Shown in pieces: positions 39,790 through 52,200 of a DNA stretch of 64,000 nucleotides. The notes beneath the pieces are model-generated. The model made no database searches. It was not told where the DNA came from and saw only the letters and a list, made by a program, of their open reading frames with translations. Made by a program: the position numbers and the translations under genes. The stretch is from Chromatiales bacterium (GTDB lineage Bacteria; Pseudomonadota; Gammaproteobacteria; JAGRCI01), in the NCBI GenBank assembly GCA_020445565.1, contig JAGRGI010000021.1, positions 4,089 to 68,088 on the forward strand. Reading direction: 5' to 3'. The first letter of the stretch is position 1. Each line of letters opens with the position of its first letter.

Positions 39790-41691
39790 TCAGTCGCCGC
39801 GGCGCTCACGCAGAAAGGCAAGCGCCCGGTCCCGGTCGCGGGTGAGCCCCATCTCCGGCAAGGCACGAAGAAACAATTTGCCGTAGCCCCGGCTGCTCAT
39901 ACGCGGATCGCAGATGACCAGCAGACCACGGTCATCGACATCGCGTATCAGGCGACCGACGCCTTGTTTCAGCATCAACTGGGCGCGGGGCAAAAACCAC
40001 TCTTTAAACGGATTGCCGCCGGCGCGCCGAATCGCCTCCGACTCGGCCTTGGCGATGGGATCGTCGGGGGCGCTGAAGGGCAGTTTGTCGATTATGACGC
40101 AGGAAAGCGCTGAACCACGCACATCGACTCCCTCCCAAAAGCTGCTGCACCCCAATAAGACGGCCATCTCGGCCTCTCGAAAACGCCGCAGCAGGGTATC
40201 GCGCGGCGCCTCCCCTTGAACCAGCAAGGGCAGATCGGACTGGCTGCGCAAGCGTTTCGCCGCTCTTTCCAAAGCGCGCTGACTGGTAAACAGTAAAAAG
40301 CTACGCCCTCCACCGGGCCCGATCAGCGCCAGTGCCAGATCCGTCACCGCATCGGTATGGGCCGATTCCGACGGGTCAGGCAGGCCCTGCGGCAGGTAGA
40401 GCAGGCTTTGGCGGCGGTAATCGAAGGGCGAGTCGAATACCTCGCAGCGAGCTTCGGATGCACCCAGTCGTGCGGAGAAATGGGAAAAGTCGCCGGCAAG
40501 GGCCAGAGTCGCGGAGGTAAAGATCCAGGCGACGCCGCTGTCTTCGCGCCAGCGACGCAGGGCCGCCCCAGCATCCAATACCGCGTCGTTGATACGAAAA
40601 TCGTGCGCTTCAATGTCCAGCCAGGCGGCACGTTCGCTGCCGTGCGGAAAATCCAGCCGTGCCAGACGGCTGCCGAGCGTGCGACAGCGGCGGCGCAAGG
40701 AACCCTGCCCGGTTTCGTCCGACAGCTCCGCAGACATGGCGATCAGGGTCTCGGCCCGCCTGCGCAGAGTCAGCAGGGCATTGTGAATTTCGGTATCAGA
40801 CTCGCGCTGTTGCCAATCGAAATCCTTTCGCTCTCCGAGCCGCTGGCGCAGTTCCCGCGCAGCGACCAGGAGATCTTCCGCCGCATCCAGCAACTGCGCC
40901 GGGACGCGATGCAAGCGTAGATCGTCCAGCAAGGCTGTCATTCCTCCCAGGCTGACACTGACGCCCAGGCTCCGTGACACTGTTTCGGGCAGACGATGAG
41001 CCTCGTCGACGATGATCGCATCGCAACTGGGCAGCAACCCCGCGGCCCCCTGCTCTCTGAGGGCAAAATGGGACGCCAGCAGGGCGTGATTGACCAACAG
41101 TATGTCAGCCGCCTCCGCCCGACGGCGGGCAACAGTCACATGACAATCGGTATAGGTCGGGCAGTCCTCACCCAGGCATGTGTCGTTATCTGCCGTAAGG
41201 CGCAGCCTCAGCTGATCACGCTCACCCAGGCCGGAAAAGTCGTCCAGGTCGCCATCCGGGCTTTGCCGGTCCCAGGCTTCGATAGCCGCCAGGCATTCCG
41301 CCCGCTCGTCGCCATAGCCCTGCTCCAGCTCCCGGCCCAAACGCAACCGACATAGATAACGGCTCCGCCCCTTCAGCACGGCAAGGGCAATACCTCCACC
41401 CAAGGCATCACGAAGTAGCGGTAGATCGCGGCGATAGAGTTGGTCTTGGAGATTGGTCGTGGCCGAGGAAATGATCACCCGGCCACCGAACAGAAAGGCC
41501 GGTACGGCGTAGGCCAGGGTCTTACCGGTGCCGGTGCCGGCCTCGGCGATCAGGGCGGATCGATTCGCCAGCGCCTCGGCCACCAATGCCGCCATGCGCT
41601 GCTGTTCCGCACGCGGTTGAAATCCGGGCAGTACGGCCGCCACGGGGCCGTCGGCAGCAAGCAGCCGGGCCGGGTTGTTGTCCGCAGGCAT
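39790..41691 (-). CDS. DinG/YoaA-family ATP-dependent DNA helicase
   Basis: The DEAD_2 Walker A is AEAGTGTGKTLAYAVPA. The Fe-S Cys cluster region and the Helicase_C_2 C-terminus are present. It neighbours tsaB, as yoaA does in E. coli (from memory). Confidence 0.85.
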   Translation of the reverse strand: MPADNNPARLLAADGPVAAVLPGFQPRAEQQRMAALVAEALANRSALIAEAGTGTGKTLAYAVPAFLFGGRVIISSATTNLQDQLYRRDLPLLRDALGGGIALAVLKGRSRYLCRLRLGRELEQGYGDERAECLAAIEAWDRQSPDGDLDDFSGLGERDQLRLRLTADNDTCLGEDCPTYTDCHVTVARRRAEAADILLVNHALLASHFALREQGAAGLLPSCDAIIVDEAHRLPETVSRSLGVSVSLGGMTALLDDLRLHRVPAQLLDAAEDLLVAARELRQRLGERKDFDWQQRESDTEIHNALLTLRRRAETLIAMSAELSDETGQGSLRRRCRTLGSRLARLDFPHGSERAAWLDIEAHDFRINDAVLDAGAALRRWREDSGVAWIFTSATLALAGDFSHFSARLGASEARCEVFDSPFDYRRQSLLYLPQGLPDPSESAHTDAVTDLALALIGPGGGRSFLLFTSQRALERAAKRLRSQSDLPLLVQGEAPRDTLLRRFREAEMAVLLGCSSFWEGVDVRGSALSCVIIDKLPFSAPDDPIAKAESEAIRRAGGNPFKEWFLPRAQLMLKQGVGRLIRDVDDRGLLVICDPRMSSRGYGKLFLRALPEMGLTRDRDRALAFLRERRGD

Positions 41692-42201
41692 TCAGGAACC
41701 GGCGGCGTTGTCCCAGACCCCGTCCTCCGGTTCCAAGCCGTTTTCCCGTGTCCACACCAATTGGCCGATGATCTTGAAACGCGCCACGGAAAGGGCACCA
41801 CGCTTGCGCCGGGAGGCACTGGCCTGACGGTGATATTCCTCGGCCTCACGGCGTTCGAGGCGGTAGATCTCGTAGGGCTCGTATTCCTCGTCCATCAGCA
41901 CCAGCAGTACGGCCTCCCAATCCTTATCCATGCGCAACTGACCGATGCGCTGACCACTCTTCGATTCGTCAAAGATGGTACGCCCCTTTACCAACAGTCG
42001 CTGGCCGTCCCACTGGTCGCGGCCCACGGCGTCGTATCCGATGCTGCGATCGTCCATCAACTCCAGATTCAACAGCCGCGAAGCATCGTATTCGGCGATT
42101 TCCGCGCTGACGCCGGGCAATGGCTTACCCATCCCTCGGCGATAATCGGCGGCGAGTCGGCGTGCTTGTGCAATCAGTTTGTCCGGCGAATAAACGCTCA
42201 T
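41692..42201 (-). CDS. Conserved hypothetical protein (169 aa) translationally coupled to the helicase
   Basis: Its stop codon abuts the helicase start with no gap, and I recognise no domain in it. Confidence 0.5.
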   Translation of the reverse strand: MSVYSPDKLIAQARRLAADYRRGMGKPLPGVSAEIAEYDASRLLNLELMDDRSIGYDAVGRDQWDGQRLLVKGRTIFDESKSGQRIGQLRMDKDWEAVLLVLMDEEYEPYEIYRLERREAEEYHRQASASRRKRGALSVARFKIIGQLVWTRENGLEPEDGVWDNAAGS

Positions 42202-42417
42202 CGATCCCGGCCGGGTGGTTATCGTAGTTCAGTAGATTGTAACGCAAGTGCAGCCGCGGTCACGTTGCCAAGCACAGAACGCTCCTGGAAAAGTATATCC
42301 CCCCGGACCGCGCTGTTCTGCTTTCGGCAAAGGAGCGGTAACAGTCCATCTTTTGCAAATAACAATAATTATCATTAATATATTGCCATCATCGGCTCAG
42401 ACTCGCGGATCAGCAAC

Positions 42418-43572
42418 GTGTCGAATCCACTGAACCTCACCCTCGTCCTCGCCTGCTCGCTACCCATCGCCGGCCTTGCGAACGCTCCCGTTGATCTACC
42501 GGCAGATAAGTCGGCCCTAGGCCGGGCGCTGTATTTCGACACCAATCTATCCTTGAACCGCACCCAATCCTGCGCCACCTGCCATGCCCCCGAGGCCGCC
42601 TTTACCGACCCCAGGGACAATGGCGTCGGCGGCGCGGTCTCCCTTGGCGATGACGGCAAATCCCTGGGCGACCGCAATGCACCTACGGCCGCCTACGCCA
42701 GGTTCAGCCCGAAATTTCATCGCAATGCCAAGGGCAACTACGTCGGCGGTCAGTTTCTCGACGGACGCGAAGCGGATCTCCAGGGCCAGGCGGGCGGTCC
42801 GCCCCTCAATCCCCTGGAAATGGGTATGCCCAGCGAAGCGGCGGTAGTGGCGCGCCTGCAAGAAAACCCGGTTTACGCCGGCGTCTTGAAGCAACTCTAC
42901 GGAGCGGACATTTTCGACGACGCCCACCAAGCCTACCTGGCCATGACCGACAGCATCGCCAGTTTCGAACAGAGCGAGGCATTCGCCCCCTTCGATTCCA
43001 AGTACGACCGCTACCTGCGCGGGGAATACCAGATGACGGAAAAAGAGGAGTTGGGGCGAACCTTGTTCTTCTCTCAGCAATTCACCAACTGCAACATCTG
43101 CCACCAGCTAAAACCGCTGGCGGGGGCCGAAGGCGAGACCTTCAGCAACTACGAATTTCACAATATCGGTGTGCCGACGAACCGGGATGTACGTGCCAGG
43201 AATGGCCTGCCCGAAGGCACGCAGGATGCCGGCCTGCTGGCCCACCCACAGGTGGAGGACCCATCTCAGAACGGAAAATACAAGGTGCCGACCCTGCGAA
43301 ACGTGGCCGTGACCGGCCCCTATATGCACAACGGCGTGTTCAAGGACCTGCGCACCGTGATCCTCTTCTACAACAAATACAACAGTCGCAGCGCCAAGCG
43401 CCAGATCAACCCGGAAACCGGTCAGACATGGGCCGAACCGGAGGTGCCCGAAAATCTGGCGATCAAGGAACTGGAGACCGGCCCGGCTCTGGACAACCGG
43501 CGTATCGATGCGCTGATCGCCTTCCTGGAGACTTTGACCGACAGACGCTACGAGCCGCTGCTGAAGCCCTGA
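42418..43572 (+). CDS. ccp: Di-haem cytochrome c peroxidase
   Basis: There are two CxxCH motifs (CATCHAP and CNICHQ) and a signal peptide. It uses a GTG start. Confidence 0.9.
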   Translation: MSNPLNLTLVLACSLPIAGLANAPVDLPADKSALGRALYFDTNLSLNRTQSCATCHAPEAAFTDPRDNGVGGAVSLGDDGKSLGDRNAPTAAYARFSPKFHRNAKGNYVGGQFLDGREADLQGQAGGPPLNPLEMGMPSEAAVVARLQENPVYAGVLKQLYGADIFDDAHQAYLAMTDSIASFEQSEAFAPFDSKYDRYLRGEYQMTEKEELGRTLFFSQQFTNCNICHQLKPLAGAEGETFSNYEFHNIGVPTNRDVRARNGLPEGTQDAGLLAHPQVEDPSQNGKYKVPTLRNVAVTGPYMHNGVFKDLRTVILFYNKYNSRSAKRQINPETGQTWAEPEVPENLAIKELETGPALDNRRIDALIAFLETLTDRRYEPLLKP

Positions 43573-43652
43573 TAGCACTCGTTAGAGCGGCGCGGGTAAC
43601 GATGTTCCTGGACAATGCGGGTTCGATTGCCGCCGATTCGAAACAACTTCAC

Positions 43653-45041
43653 TCACTCCCTGCGCCAAGTCGTACCACCGGCGCCATCTTCCAGCACAAC
43701 ACCGGCCTCTTTCAGCACGTCACGGATCCGATCCGCCTCGGCCCAGTCCTTGTCGACCCGCGCCTGCTTCCGTCGGGCGATGAGATCATCGATCTGCGCA
43801 TCCGCCAAACCGCTTTCATCCTGACTGCCGGCGGCCTTGAGATATGCATCAGGGTCTTCCTGCAGCAAGCCTAACACCGCGGCGAGTGCCCTCAGCTCCG
43901 CGGCCAGCGCGGCAGCCTTTTGCAGGTCTTCGGTTCGCAGGCGATTGATCTCTCGCGCCAGATCGAAGAGTACCGCGAGTGCCTCCGGCGTGTTGAAATC
44001 GTCGTCCATGGCCGCTTGAAACCGCTCCCGCCAGTCTTCGCCACCGGCCGCCTGGGCATCAGGCAAACCGCGCAAGGCGGTGTAAAAGCGCTGCAGGGCA
44101 CCGCGGGCATTGTCCAATTGCACGTCGCTGTAGTTCAGCGGGCTGCGGTATTGGCTGGTGAGGATGAAATAGCGGATCTCTTCGGGCCGATAGCGCGCCA
44201 TGATCTCGCGGATAGTGAAAAAATTGCCCAGGGACTTGGACATCTTTTCATCGTCCACCCGCACAAAGCCGTTGTGCATCCAGACGTTGACGAACTTGTG
44301 ACCGGTGGCCGCCTCCGACTGGGCGATCTCATTCTCATGATGGGGAAATTGCAGGTCCATACCGCCACCATGAATATCGAAATGATCGCCCAGGCAGTGG
44401 GTAGACATAGCGGAGCATTCGATATGCCAGCCAGGCCGGCCGGCACCCCAGGGGCTGTCCCAGGCGGGTTCATCCGGCTTGGCGGCTTTCCAGAGAACAA
44501 AGTCCAGGGGGTCTTCCTTGGCCTCCCCCACTTCCACGCGCTCACCGGCACGCAACTCGGCGATATTCTTGCCGGAAAGTTGGCCATAACCGGCGAATCT
44601 GGCCACTCGGTAATAGACATCGCCATTGCCCGCCGGGTAGGCATAGCCCTTGTCCACCAGCGCCTTCACCATGTCCAGGATCTGGTCCATGGAGGTGGTT
44701 GCTCGCGGTTCGATGTCCGGGCGAAGCACACCCAGGGCATCGGCGTCCTCGTGCATGGCGGCAATGTAGCGATCCGTGAGCGCGTCGATATCCTCGCCGT
44801 TTTGATTGGCGCGCTGGATGATCTTGTCGTCCACGTCGGTGACGTTGCGCACGTAGGTGACCTCATAATCTCGGTAGCGCAGATAACGCGTCACCACGTC
44901 GAAAACCACCATCACCCGCGCATGACCGAGGTGGCAGAGATCGTAGACCGTCATACCGCAAACATACATGCGGACCTTGCCCGGCTCGATGGTTTGCAGG
45001 GGTTCCTTACGGCGGGTGAGGGTATTGTAGATTTCGAGCAT
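43653..45041 (-). CDS. cysS: Cysteine--tRNA ligase
   Basis: The start is set at [14 protein letters not shown], with the HIGH motif (CHLGHARV) and KMSKS (KMSKSLGN) present. The track's N-extension is rejected. Confidence 0.95.
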   Translation of the reverse strand: MLEIYNTLTRRKEPLQTIEPGKVRMYVCGMTVYDLCHLGHARVMVVFDVVTRYLRYRDYEVTYVRNVTDVDDKIIQRANQNGEDIDALTDRYIAAMHEDADALGVLRPDIEPRATTSMDQILDMVKALVDKGYAYPAGNGDVYYRVARFAGYGQLSGKNIAELRAGERVEVGEAKEDPLDFVLWKAAKPDEPAWDSPWGAGRPGWHIECSAMSTHCLGDHFDIHGGGMDLQFPHHENEIAQSEAATGHKFVNVWMHNGFVRVDDEKMSKSLGNFFTIREIMARYRPEEIRYFILTSQYRSPLNYSDVQLDNARGALQRFYTALRGLPDAQAAGGEDWRERFQAAMDDDFNTPEALAVLFDLAREINRLRTEDLQKAAALAAELRALAAVLGLLQEDPDAYLKAAGSQDESGLADAQIDDLIARRKQARVDKDWAEADRIRDVLKEAGVVLEDGAGGTTWRRE

Positions 45042-45185
45042 TGGGCGGTTCCGGCCAGAGAGTGAGCGGGCGATCGAAGATCGGCCTATTGTATATGCAA
45101 TGGGCGTGTCGGGTATCTTCATCGGCTTGCGCCGGCTTAATGACTCACCTAACCTTCTTTCTTCGCTCGCTGCACCGAAACTGAC

Positions 45186-48100
45186 ATGTCCGAGTACCTG
45201 GACACCCTCGCCAGCTACGTCCCCTCCTGGGTGCTCGCCCGCTCCACGCGGGAAACGCATGCCTGTAGCGAACATTTCGAGGCCGTCGTCCTGTTCGCCG
45301 ACATCTCGGGCTTCACCCCCCTGACCGAGCGCTTCGCGGCCGCCGGCCCCGAGGGTGTGGAGGAATTCACCCGCATCCTCAACGATTACTTCGGCCAAGC
45401 CATAGAGCTGCTTGCCGAGCACGGTTTCGAGGCCACCAAATTCGCCGGGGATGCGCTGTTATCGGTGGCGATCTACACGGGCAGTTCGGAATGCAGCACT
45501 ATGCTGGCCCGCCACGCGGACGCGGCCTTGGCGCTGCAAAGGGCCCTGCACGGCTATCAGGCGGGCGCGGACGTAGTGCTTTCCATGAAGATCTGCCTGG
45601 GAATCGGCCCGCTGGTAGGACGATTCCTCGGCGGCCTGAGCAAACGCTGGGAATTCACCATCGCCGGCGAACCCCTGTCCCAGGTGGGCAGGGCCGACAA
45701 GCATGCCCGGCCAGGGGACATCGTACTGTCGCCGCAGGCCAGGCTTTGCCTTGGCACAAAGGCATGGGGAGACACCCTGGAGGCTGGGCATTTGCGTCTG
45801 CTCGGGGTCAAAGACTTCCAACGCGGGCAAGCACTGCCCCTGCCCGTCCCCGATCCGGGAACTGAATCCGTATTAGAAGGTTTCGTCCCCGCCACCGTGC
45901 GCTCGGGGCTGCGCGCCGGCCACGCCGACTGGCTGGGCGAGCTGCGCCAGATCTCGGTGTTGTTCGTCAATCTGCCCGATCTGCACGCCGACACCCCCCT
46001 GAATACGGCCCAGGAGATGTTCACCAGCCTGCAAAGCGCGCTCTACCGTTACGACGGCAGCGTCAATAAACTCAGCGTGGACGATAAGGGGGTTTCTTTG
46101 CTGGCGGTCTTCGGACTGCCACCACGCTCCCACGAAGACGACGCCGAGCGGGCCGTGCTCGCCGCCCTGGCTATGAGCCACAACATTCAGGAGGCGGGTC
46201 TGCGCTGTTCCATCGGCATCACCACCGGCCGGGTCATCGCAACCGCCGTTGGCAACAAACGCCGCCGCGAATACACCATCATGGGCAATGTCGCCAACCT
46301 GGCGGCCAGGCTGATGCAAGCGGCCAATGGCGGGGTTCTTTGCGACGAGCCCACCTGGCGGCAGGCCCGTGATCGCCTTCGTTTCGCGGAGCTGGGCCCG
46401 ATACGGGTAAAAGGCCGCTCCGAGGCGATCCCCATCTATCAGCCCCTACCCCAGTCCGAGTCTCGCGACGACACTGGCCCCCGTTCGGACCAGGGTTCGC
46501 TGGTGGGTCGCGTCGAGCAGATGCACGCCTTGCGCTCGGCCCTGCGTGACTGGCTCGCCAACCCGGATGCCAAGCCGACGCCATTGGTGCTGGAGGGCGA
46601 GGCCGGTATCGGCAAATCCCGCCTGCTGCGGGAACTGGCCGCGCAAGGCCGGGCGCTGGGTGCAAGGGTGGTGCGCGGCGGCGGCGACCCCATTGATGCG
46701 GACACACCCTATCACGGCTGGGCACGAATCTTTGCCACCCTTTTGCATGGCGGATCAGACCATGAAGCGGTAGTGCAGGCACTCACGAACGACCAGGAAT
46801 TGCACAATCTCGCGCCACTTCTGGAAGTCGTCCTGCCATCCAACTGGGGGGACAACGACACCACCGCGAAGCTCCAGGGCGCGGAGCGCGCCCGCGCCAT
46901 TCAGCGGCTGTTGATCGGCATCCTGCGCGAGGCTGCCGGCCAGCAACCCCTGTTGCTGATTCTCGACGACGGCCAGTGGATGGACCCGGCCTCCTGGGAA
47001 TTGCTGCTGGCGATGCACAGAGAACTTCCCCAAGTCCTGATCGCTCTGGCGATTCGCGACGGTACACAACCCGCGGAACCGGTCGCACAGTGGCTCGCGC
47101 AGTCCGTGCCACAACGCATTACACTCGGCCCGCTGCCCAAGGACGAGATTCTGGAGCTGGCCCGCGACCGCCTGGGTTTGAACCAGCTTCCACCCCAAAC
47201 TGAGCGAATCATTCTCGAAAAGGCCGGCGGCAACCCCATGTATTGCGAAGAACTGGCGCGGGGACTGCCCACGGCCACCGATATCGCCGGTATTCTGGAC
47301 TACCTGCAAAAGGCCGAGGTGCCCGACTCGGTACAAGGACTGATCACCGCCCGCCTGGACCGCCTTCCTTCCGAGGCCCAGTTCACCCTCAAAGTCGCCA
47401 GCGTCTTGGGACGGGTCTTCGGCCTGGACGAGCTCAACGCGGTTCACCCGAAACACCCCGCGCAGGGTTACCTTGACGGCATGTGCCGCAGCCGGCTGGC
47501 CCCTGACCTCAAACCCACCGGCGCCCATAGCCCCGGCCCCGTTGGCGTTAGCGGCCACTATCGGTTCCGCAATCCACTCACCCTGGACGTCGCTTACGGC
47601 CTGATGCTGTTTGCGCAACGCCGCCAGCTACACCGCCAAGCCGCCGAGTGGCTAGAAGAGCGTCTGGACGAAGGACACGTCTCCACCTATGCCCTGCTCG
47701 CCCATCACTGGGCGGGCGCAGCCAGCGGAAACAGCCCGGAGGCGCAGGCCCTGGTCAAGGCGGTTAGCTACAGCGAACTGGCGGCCGACGCCGCCCTGCG
47801 CGACTTTGCCAACCGCGAGGCCGTCAGTTTTCTGCAACGGGCGCTGGACCTGCTTTCGCGCCAGGCGGAAAGCCCGGAACGTGACGCCGACGAACTGCGA
47901 CTACTCCTCAAGCTAGGCGGTCCCCTGGTCACCATCTACAGCTACGCCGAGCCGCGGGTGGCGAATGCCTATCGCCGTGCCCGCGAGCTTTGCGATCACC
48001 TCGGCGACCACAGCCGCTTGTTCGATACCCTGCGCGGCTTGTGGCAGTTTCACATCGGCGACTCCGACTACGACAATGCCGCCAGCCTCGCCAGAACCCT

Positions 48101-48995
48101 GTTGGAAATCGCCGAGGCCGACGGCGACCTGGACCGTCGCGCAGAGGCCAACCGCGCCCTGGGCAATACCGTATTCTGGACAGGCGATCTGCAAACCGCG
48201 CGCAAGGCAATGGAGAACGCCGTCGCCCTCGCGGCCCAATCCACCAGCGCCGACCGCACGGACGAATACGGGCAAAACCCCGACGTCGCCAATCACGGCA
48301 TGCTGGCCTGGACGGTCTGTTTAAGCGGCTACCCCAAAGACGCAATTCGCCACGCCGGCCTATCCCTGCAACTCGCCCAGACCTCCGGCCACCCCTTCAG
48401 CCTTGCCTTCGCCTGTGGCGTGCACATGTGGATGTACCGGCTTCTGGATGACGGCATCCAAACCCTGGGCTGGGCCGACCGCACCCTGGAACTCACCGAA
48501 GCCAACGGTTTCCCCTACTTCAGTACCGCCGCCCGCGTCCTGCGCGGTTGGGGCCGGGCCAGAAACGGCGAAGGTAAAGCCGGCCTGGAGGAAGCCCTAT
48601 CCGCCGTCACCGCCTGGCAGGAGATGGGCCAGGAAATCGGTGTGCCGGTATTCCTCTACGCCACCGCAGATGCCGCCCAGCTGGCCGGCGACTCCCAACA
48701 AGCGCTGACACTGCTCCGCCACCCCACCCTCACCGCCCGAACCCACAAAGAACGTTGGTACCTGGCCGATTTGCGGCGAATTGAGGGAGAGTGTCATTGG
48801 CAGTCGGGCGGACGAGAATCAGCCTTGCTGGCTTGGAGAGAGGCTTTGCAGGTAGCGCGGGAGCAGAGCGCGCGCTTGATCGCTTATCGTGTCGCGCATA
48901 TGGCTCGGAATTATGGCCTAAGAGATGATGAAATTGGATTGAGAAAAGCGGATTTGGAGATTCCTCAGCCAATAACAAATCCGCATTTCGACTGA
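45186..48995 (+). CDS. Multidomain signalling protein: two adenylate/guanylate cyclase (CHD) domains + STAND/AAA ATPase + TPR repeats
   Basis: CHD1 reads [16 protein letters not shown] and CHD2 reads [10 protein letters not shown]...[15 protein letters not shown]. Walker A is [16 protein letters not shown], followed by long TPR-like helical repeats, 1269 aa in all. Confidence 0.85.
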   Translation: MSEYLDTLASYVPSWVLARSTRETHACSEHFEAVVLFADISGFTPLTERFAAAGPEGVEEFTRILNDYFGQAIELLAEHGFEATKFAGDALLSVAIYTGSSECSTMLARHADAALALQRALHGYQAGADVVLSMKICLGIGPLVGRFLGGLSKRWEFTIAGEPLSQVGRADKHARPGDIVLSPQARLCLGTKAWGDTLEAGHLRLLGVKDFQRGQALPLPVPDPGTESVLEGFVPATVRSGLRAGHADWLGELRQISVLFVNLPDLHADTPLNTAQEMFTSLQSALYRYDGSVNKLSVDDKGVSLLAVFGLPPRSHEDDAERAVLAALAMSHNIQEAGLRCSIGITTGRVIATAVGNKRRREYTIMGNVANLAARLMQAANGGVLCDEPTWRQARDRLRFAELGPIRVKGRSEAIPIYQPLPQSESRDDTGPRSDQGSLVGRVEQMHALRSALRDWLANPDAKPTPLVLEGEAGIGKSRLLRELAAQGRALGARVVRGGGDPIDADTPYHGWARIFATLLHGGSDHEAVVQALTNDQELHNLAPLLEVVLPSNWGDNDTTAKLQGAERARAIQRLLIGILREAAGQQPLLLILDDGQWMDPASWELLLAMHRELPQVLIALAIRDGTQPAEPVAQWLAQSVPQRITLGPLPKDEILELARDRLGLNQLPPQTERIILEKAGGNPMYCEELARGLPTATDIAGILDYLQKAEVPDSVQGLITARLDRLPSEAQFTLKVASVLGRVFGLDELNAVHPKHPAQGYLDGMCRSRLAPDLKPTGAHSPGPVGVSGHYRFRNPLTLDVAYGLMLFAQRRQLHRQAAEWLEERLDEGHVSTYALLAHHWAGAASGNSPEAQALVKAVSYSELAADAALRDFANREAVSFLQRALDLLSRQAESPERDADELRLLLKLGGPLVTIYSYAEPRVANAYRRARELCDHLGDHSRLFDTLRGLWQFHIGDSDYDNAASLARTLLEIAEADGDLDRRAEANRALGNTVFWTGDLQTARKAMENAVALAAQSTSADRTDEYGQNPDVANHGMLAWTVCLSGYPKDAIRHAGLSLQLAQTSGHPFSLAFACGVHMWMYRLLDDGIQTLGWADRTLELTEANGFPYFSTAARVLRGWGRARNGEGKAGLEEALSAVTAWQEMGQEIGVPVFLYATADAAQLAGDSQQALTLLRHPTLTARTHKERWYLADLRRIEGECHWQSGGRESALLAWREALQVAREQSARLIAYRVAHMARNYGLRDDEIGLRKADLEIPQPITNPHFD

Positions 48996-49126
48996 TTTTC
49001 AAACCAGAAATTAGCTGTCGAAACTGCCGCACCGAATCCGCTGCAAAAGCATTCTGAGATACTCGTCACACAATCGGTAAGTGTTACTGGTCTACAATAC
49101 AAAGCAAATTTGATGGATGCGGTATA

Positions 49127-49156
49127 CCGCATGCAACGCCTACCTGTTGCATGCGG
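49127..49156 (+). promoter_or_regulatory. Perfect 11-bp inverted repeat CCGCATGCAAC-N8-GTTGCATGCGG in the AT-rich leader of the large-protein operon
   Basis: This is seen directly. It lies ~135 bp upstream of the likely ATG at 49293, inside an AT-rich segment (48996..49292) that contrasts with the ~65% GC surroundings. Confidence 0.3.
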
Positions 49157-49292
49157 TCATTCCGAACATTCCAGGAATGCGACAGTTTCGGACTATATAA
49201 GGTTTTCTGGGACAAAATTCGGCTTTCGTCCCCGAAAGGAATGCCAGCAAACCGGCAAATGCACGCGATGCTTTGGAATTGAGAACCTCAGG

Positions 49293-52200
49293 ATGACACA
49301 TGCTCAAGTACTGTTCCGGTTACTCGCCGCCCTGTTGCCAGTTGCTGCCATTTCCCCCGGCCATGCCCAAGTTCAGGACAGTTTTTGCGCATCCGTCAGA
49401 GTCGAGGTCCACCAGGAATTCACCCTGGCCCGCCAAGGGTTTGAAGCCACGATGCGGCTCACCAACGAGCTGCCTGATTCGCCACTTACCGATGTCCATA
49501 TTGAAATCACCTTCAAAGACAGCAGCGGCAACACGGTAACCGCAACGCAAGACCCCAATGGGCAAGACGCCCTGTTTTTCTATCGCCTGCAATTTCACGA
49601 AGGGCTTACGAGCGTCGATGGAAGCGGTGCAATTGCCGCTGACTCCGAGGCGGAACTTCGCTGGTTGATCGTCCCAACGGCGGATGCCGCTGGGAATTCG
49701 CCCAACGGCTCGCCCTACCTGATCGGTGCGGAAGTCAGTTACCGGGTCAATGGCGCAGAAAACACCATCCCAGTCGCGCCGGACTTCATCCAAGTAAAAC
49801 CCGTCCCCCGATTGAGCCTGGACTACTTCATTCCCGAGCAGGTCTTCGGCGACGATCCTTTCACACAGTCAGTAGAAGAAGAACCCATTCCCTTCGAACT
49901 GGGTCTACGCGTTGCCAACACCGGACTGGCAACAGCCTACGCTTTGCAGATCGACTCGGCTCAACCTGAAATTACCGAAAATAAACAAGGGCTTCTGGTC
50001 GATTTTCAACTGCTTGGCGCACGCTTGGGGGACGCACCCGCCACGCCGTCACTTTTCTTGAACCTGGGCGATGTCGAATCACAGGCCGCAATCGTGGCCG
50101 CGTGGACCATGACCACATCGCTCACCGGCCAGTTCAAGCGTTTTACCACCGACATCCGGCACGCAGAAGAATTGGGTGGACAACTCACCTCCCTGATCGA
50201 ATCGCCGCGTACCCATAAACTTGTTCACCGAGTTCAAGTTGATCTCCCCGGCCGCGATGAAATAAGCGACTTCCTGGCGAAAGAATCCCTTGGCGACCTT
50301 CGTGTCTATGAATCGGACGGGACGGAGTTCCCCGTGACCGACGTTTCGGAGAACAGTCAGTTGACGGTCGGTTCGACTGATCCCCTTCAGCAAACCGTCC
50401 AGTTGCAGCTCGTCGGCGGACTGGTCTACGCGCAGATTCCCGATCTGAACGAAGGCGCCAAGACCCTGGTCGGCGTCACCCGTTCCGATGGCAAGGTCCT
50501 GTCGGCTCGAAACGCCTGGCTTTCGAAACGACAAGATGATACGACTCATGAATATACCTACTTTGTCAACATATTCGACAGTGTCGTAGAAGGTCAACCA
50601 ACAGGCGAGTACTTGCTTTCTTTTGCCAACCCCATTGCCTCGGAAGCTACGCCGGAACTCGATGTTCCGAACACGATTGACGCCGTTGACGGCGTATCAC
50701 TGAGTTTTGTCGTCTCGGCATTCGTTGGCGATGGATCCATTCCCTCGCTGGCAATGGAATCCGCGCCGGAAACCGCGCAATTTAGCGACGCAGGGGATGG
50801 CACCGGCGTTTTCGATTGGCCCGTCCCGCCCGGCCGTCTGGGTGATTTTACTGTCATATTCAGTGCGGTCAGCAGAAACGAACGCGCGGAAGGACAGACG
50901 CTCATTCGCGTCCGTAGGCCCGGCGACAGTGATGCCGACTATATGGACGATAGCTGGGAGATGGCGCATTTCGGCAGCCTGGAACAGGACGGGTCGGGAG
51001 ATTGGGACGGTGACGGCATCAGCGACCTTGACGAATACCTGAACCAGACCGACCCGACCACCGCCGACGATCCCTGGTCGGTGATTCGCATTGGCAGCCT
51101 GGAAGTGGGTGACCAGCCTGTGGCAGTACCTGGTGCAACTGCTAACGACGTTGTTCTCTTGGGTCCACCATCGGACCTCACCGCAGACCCTGGCCTTGCA
51201 GTGATCTCGGTCGTAGACGAAACACAGATGGGTGTCCGTATTCGCGAATGGAACTATCTGGACGGCGTAGCCCCGAATCAAGCCATCAGCTATCTCGTCC
51301 TGCCCGTTGGCCGCTATTCTCTAGCGGACGGAACCGTATGGGAGGCGGGATATTTTGATTTGGAAGGCGACAGAAACTGGCAACCACAGTCATTCAAGTT
51401 GGATTTCCCTGAAGAACCGACGGTGTATCTGAGTTCCCAGCCCTCTGCCGGCCCGTTGGCCTCTCTGCGCACCCGCGCGATCAGCCGATCCGGATTCGAA
51501 ACTGCGCAGTTCGTCGAGGAAGCACAGCGTGGATCGACGATTCCGCAGAGCCGGATCCATTACTTGGCGATATGGTCGCCCGGAACGGCTGCCAGCCTCG
51601 TCAGCGCAAACGCAGAATTCGCTTTCAGCAGCCAGCAACTGGACTTGGCATTGCAGCAGCGAGACCTCGATTGGGATCTGACGCAACGCGAAGAAATCTC
51701 CGCCGATGAAGAAACGGACCATGTCGGCGAAACCGTACAGCTACTAAAGATCGGTCAGTACGCTTTCGCCCAGATTGCCAGCGACCGCGAGGACGATCCA
51801 TTGATCCTCTATGCCACGCTGGCGGACCGCGATCAGGACAGCATGGCAGATGCCTTCGAGCGCCGCTACGGTCTCGACCCCCAAGATCCGACAGATGCGG
51901 GCCAAGACCTGGACGGCGATGGTTACTCCAATCTGGCGGAGTACCTTGCGAACACCAATCCCGCCGACGCCTCCAGCCTGCCGGATCAGCTGCGATTGAA
52001 GTTCGGGCAAGTGCAGGCAGGGCAGAGCTGGCGAGAAGTGACTTGGGCACAGACCAATGAGCAGACCGTGCCCCTGGTCTTTTTGGGGCCAGCGACCAAC
52101 AACGACCCCTACCCTGGTATCGCCACGCTTTCCGACACTACCGCCAATGGATTCGCGTATCGCTATCGCAACCTGCACACACGCGAGGGAGAGCACGGCG

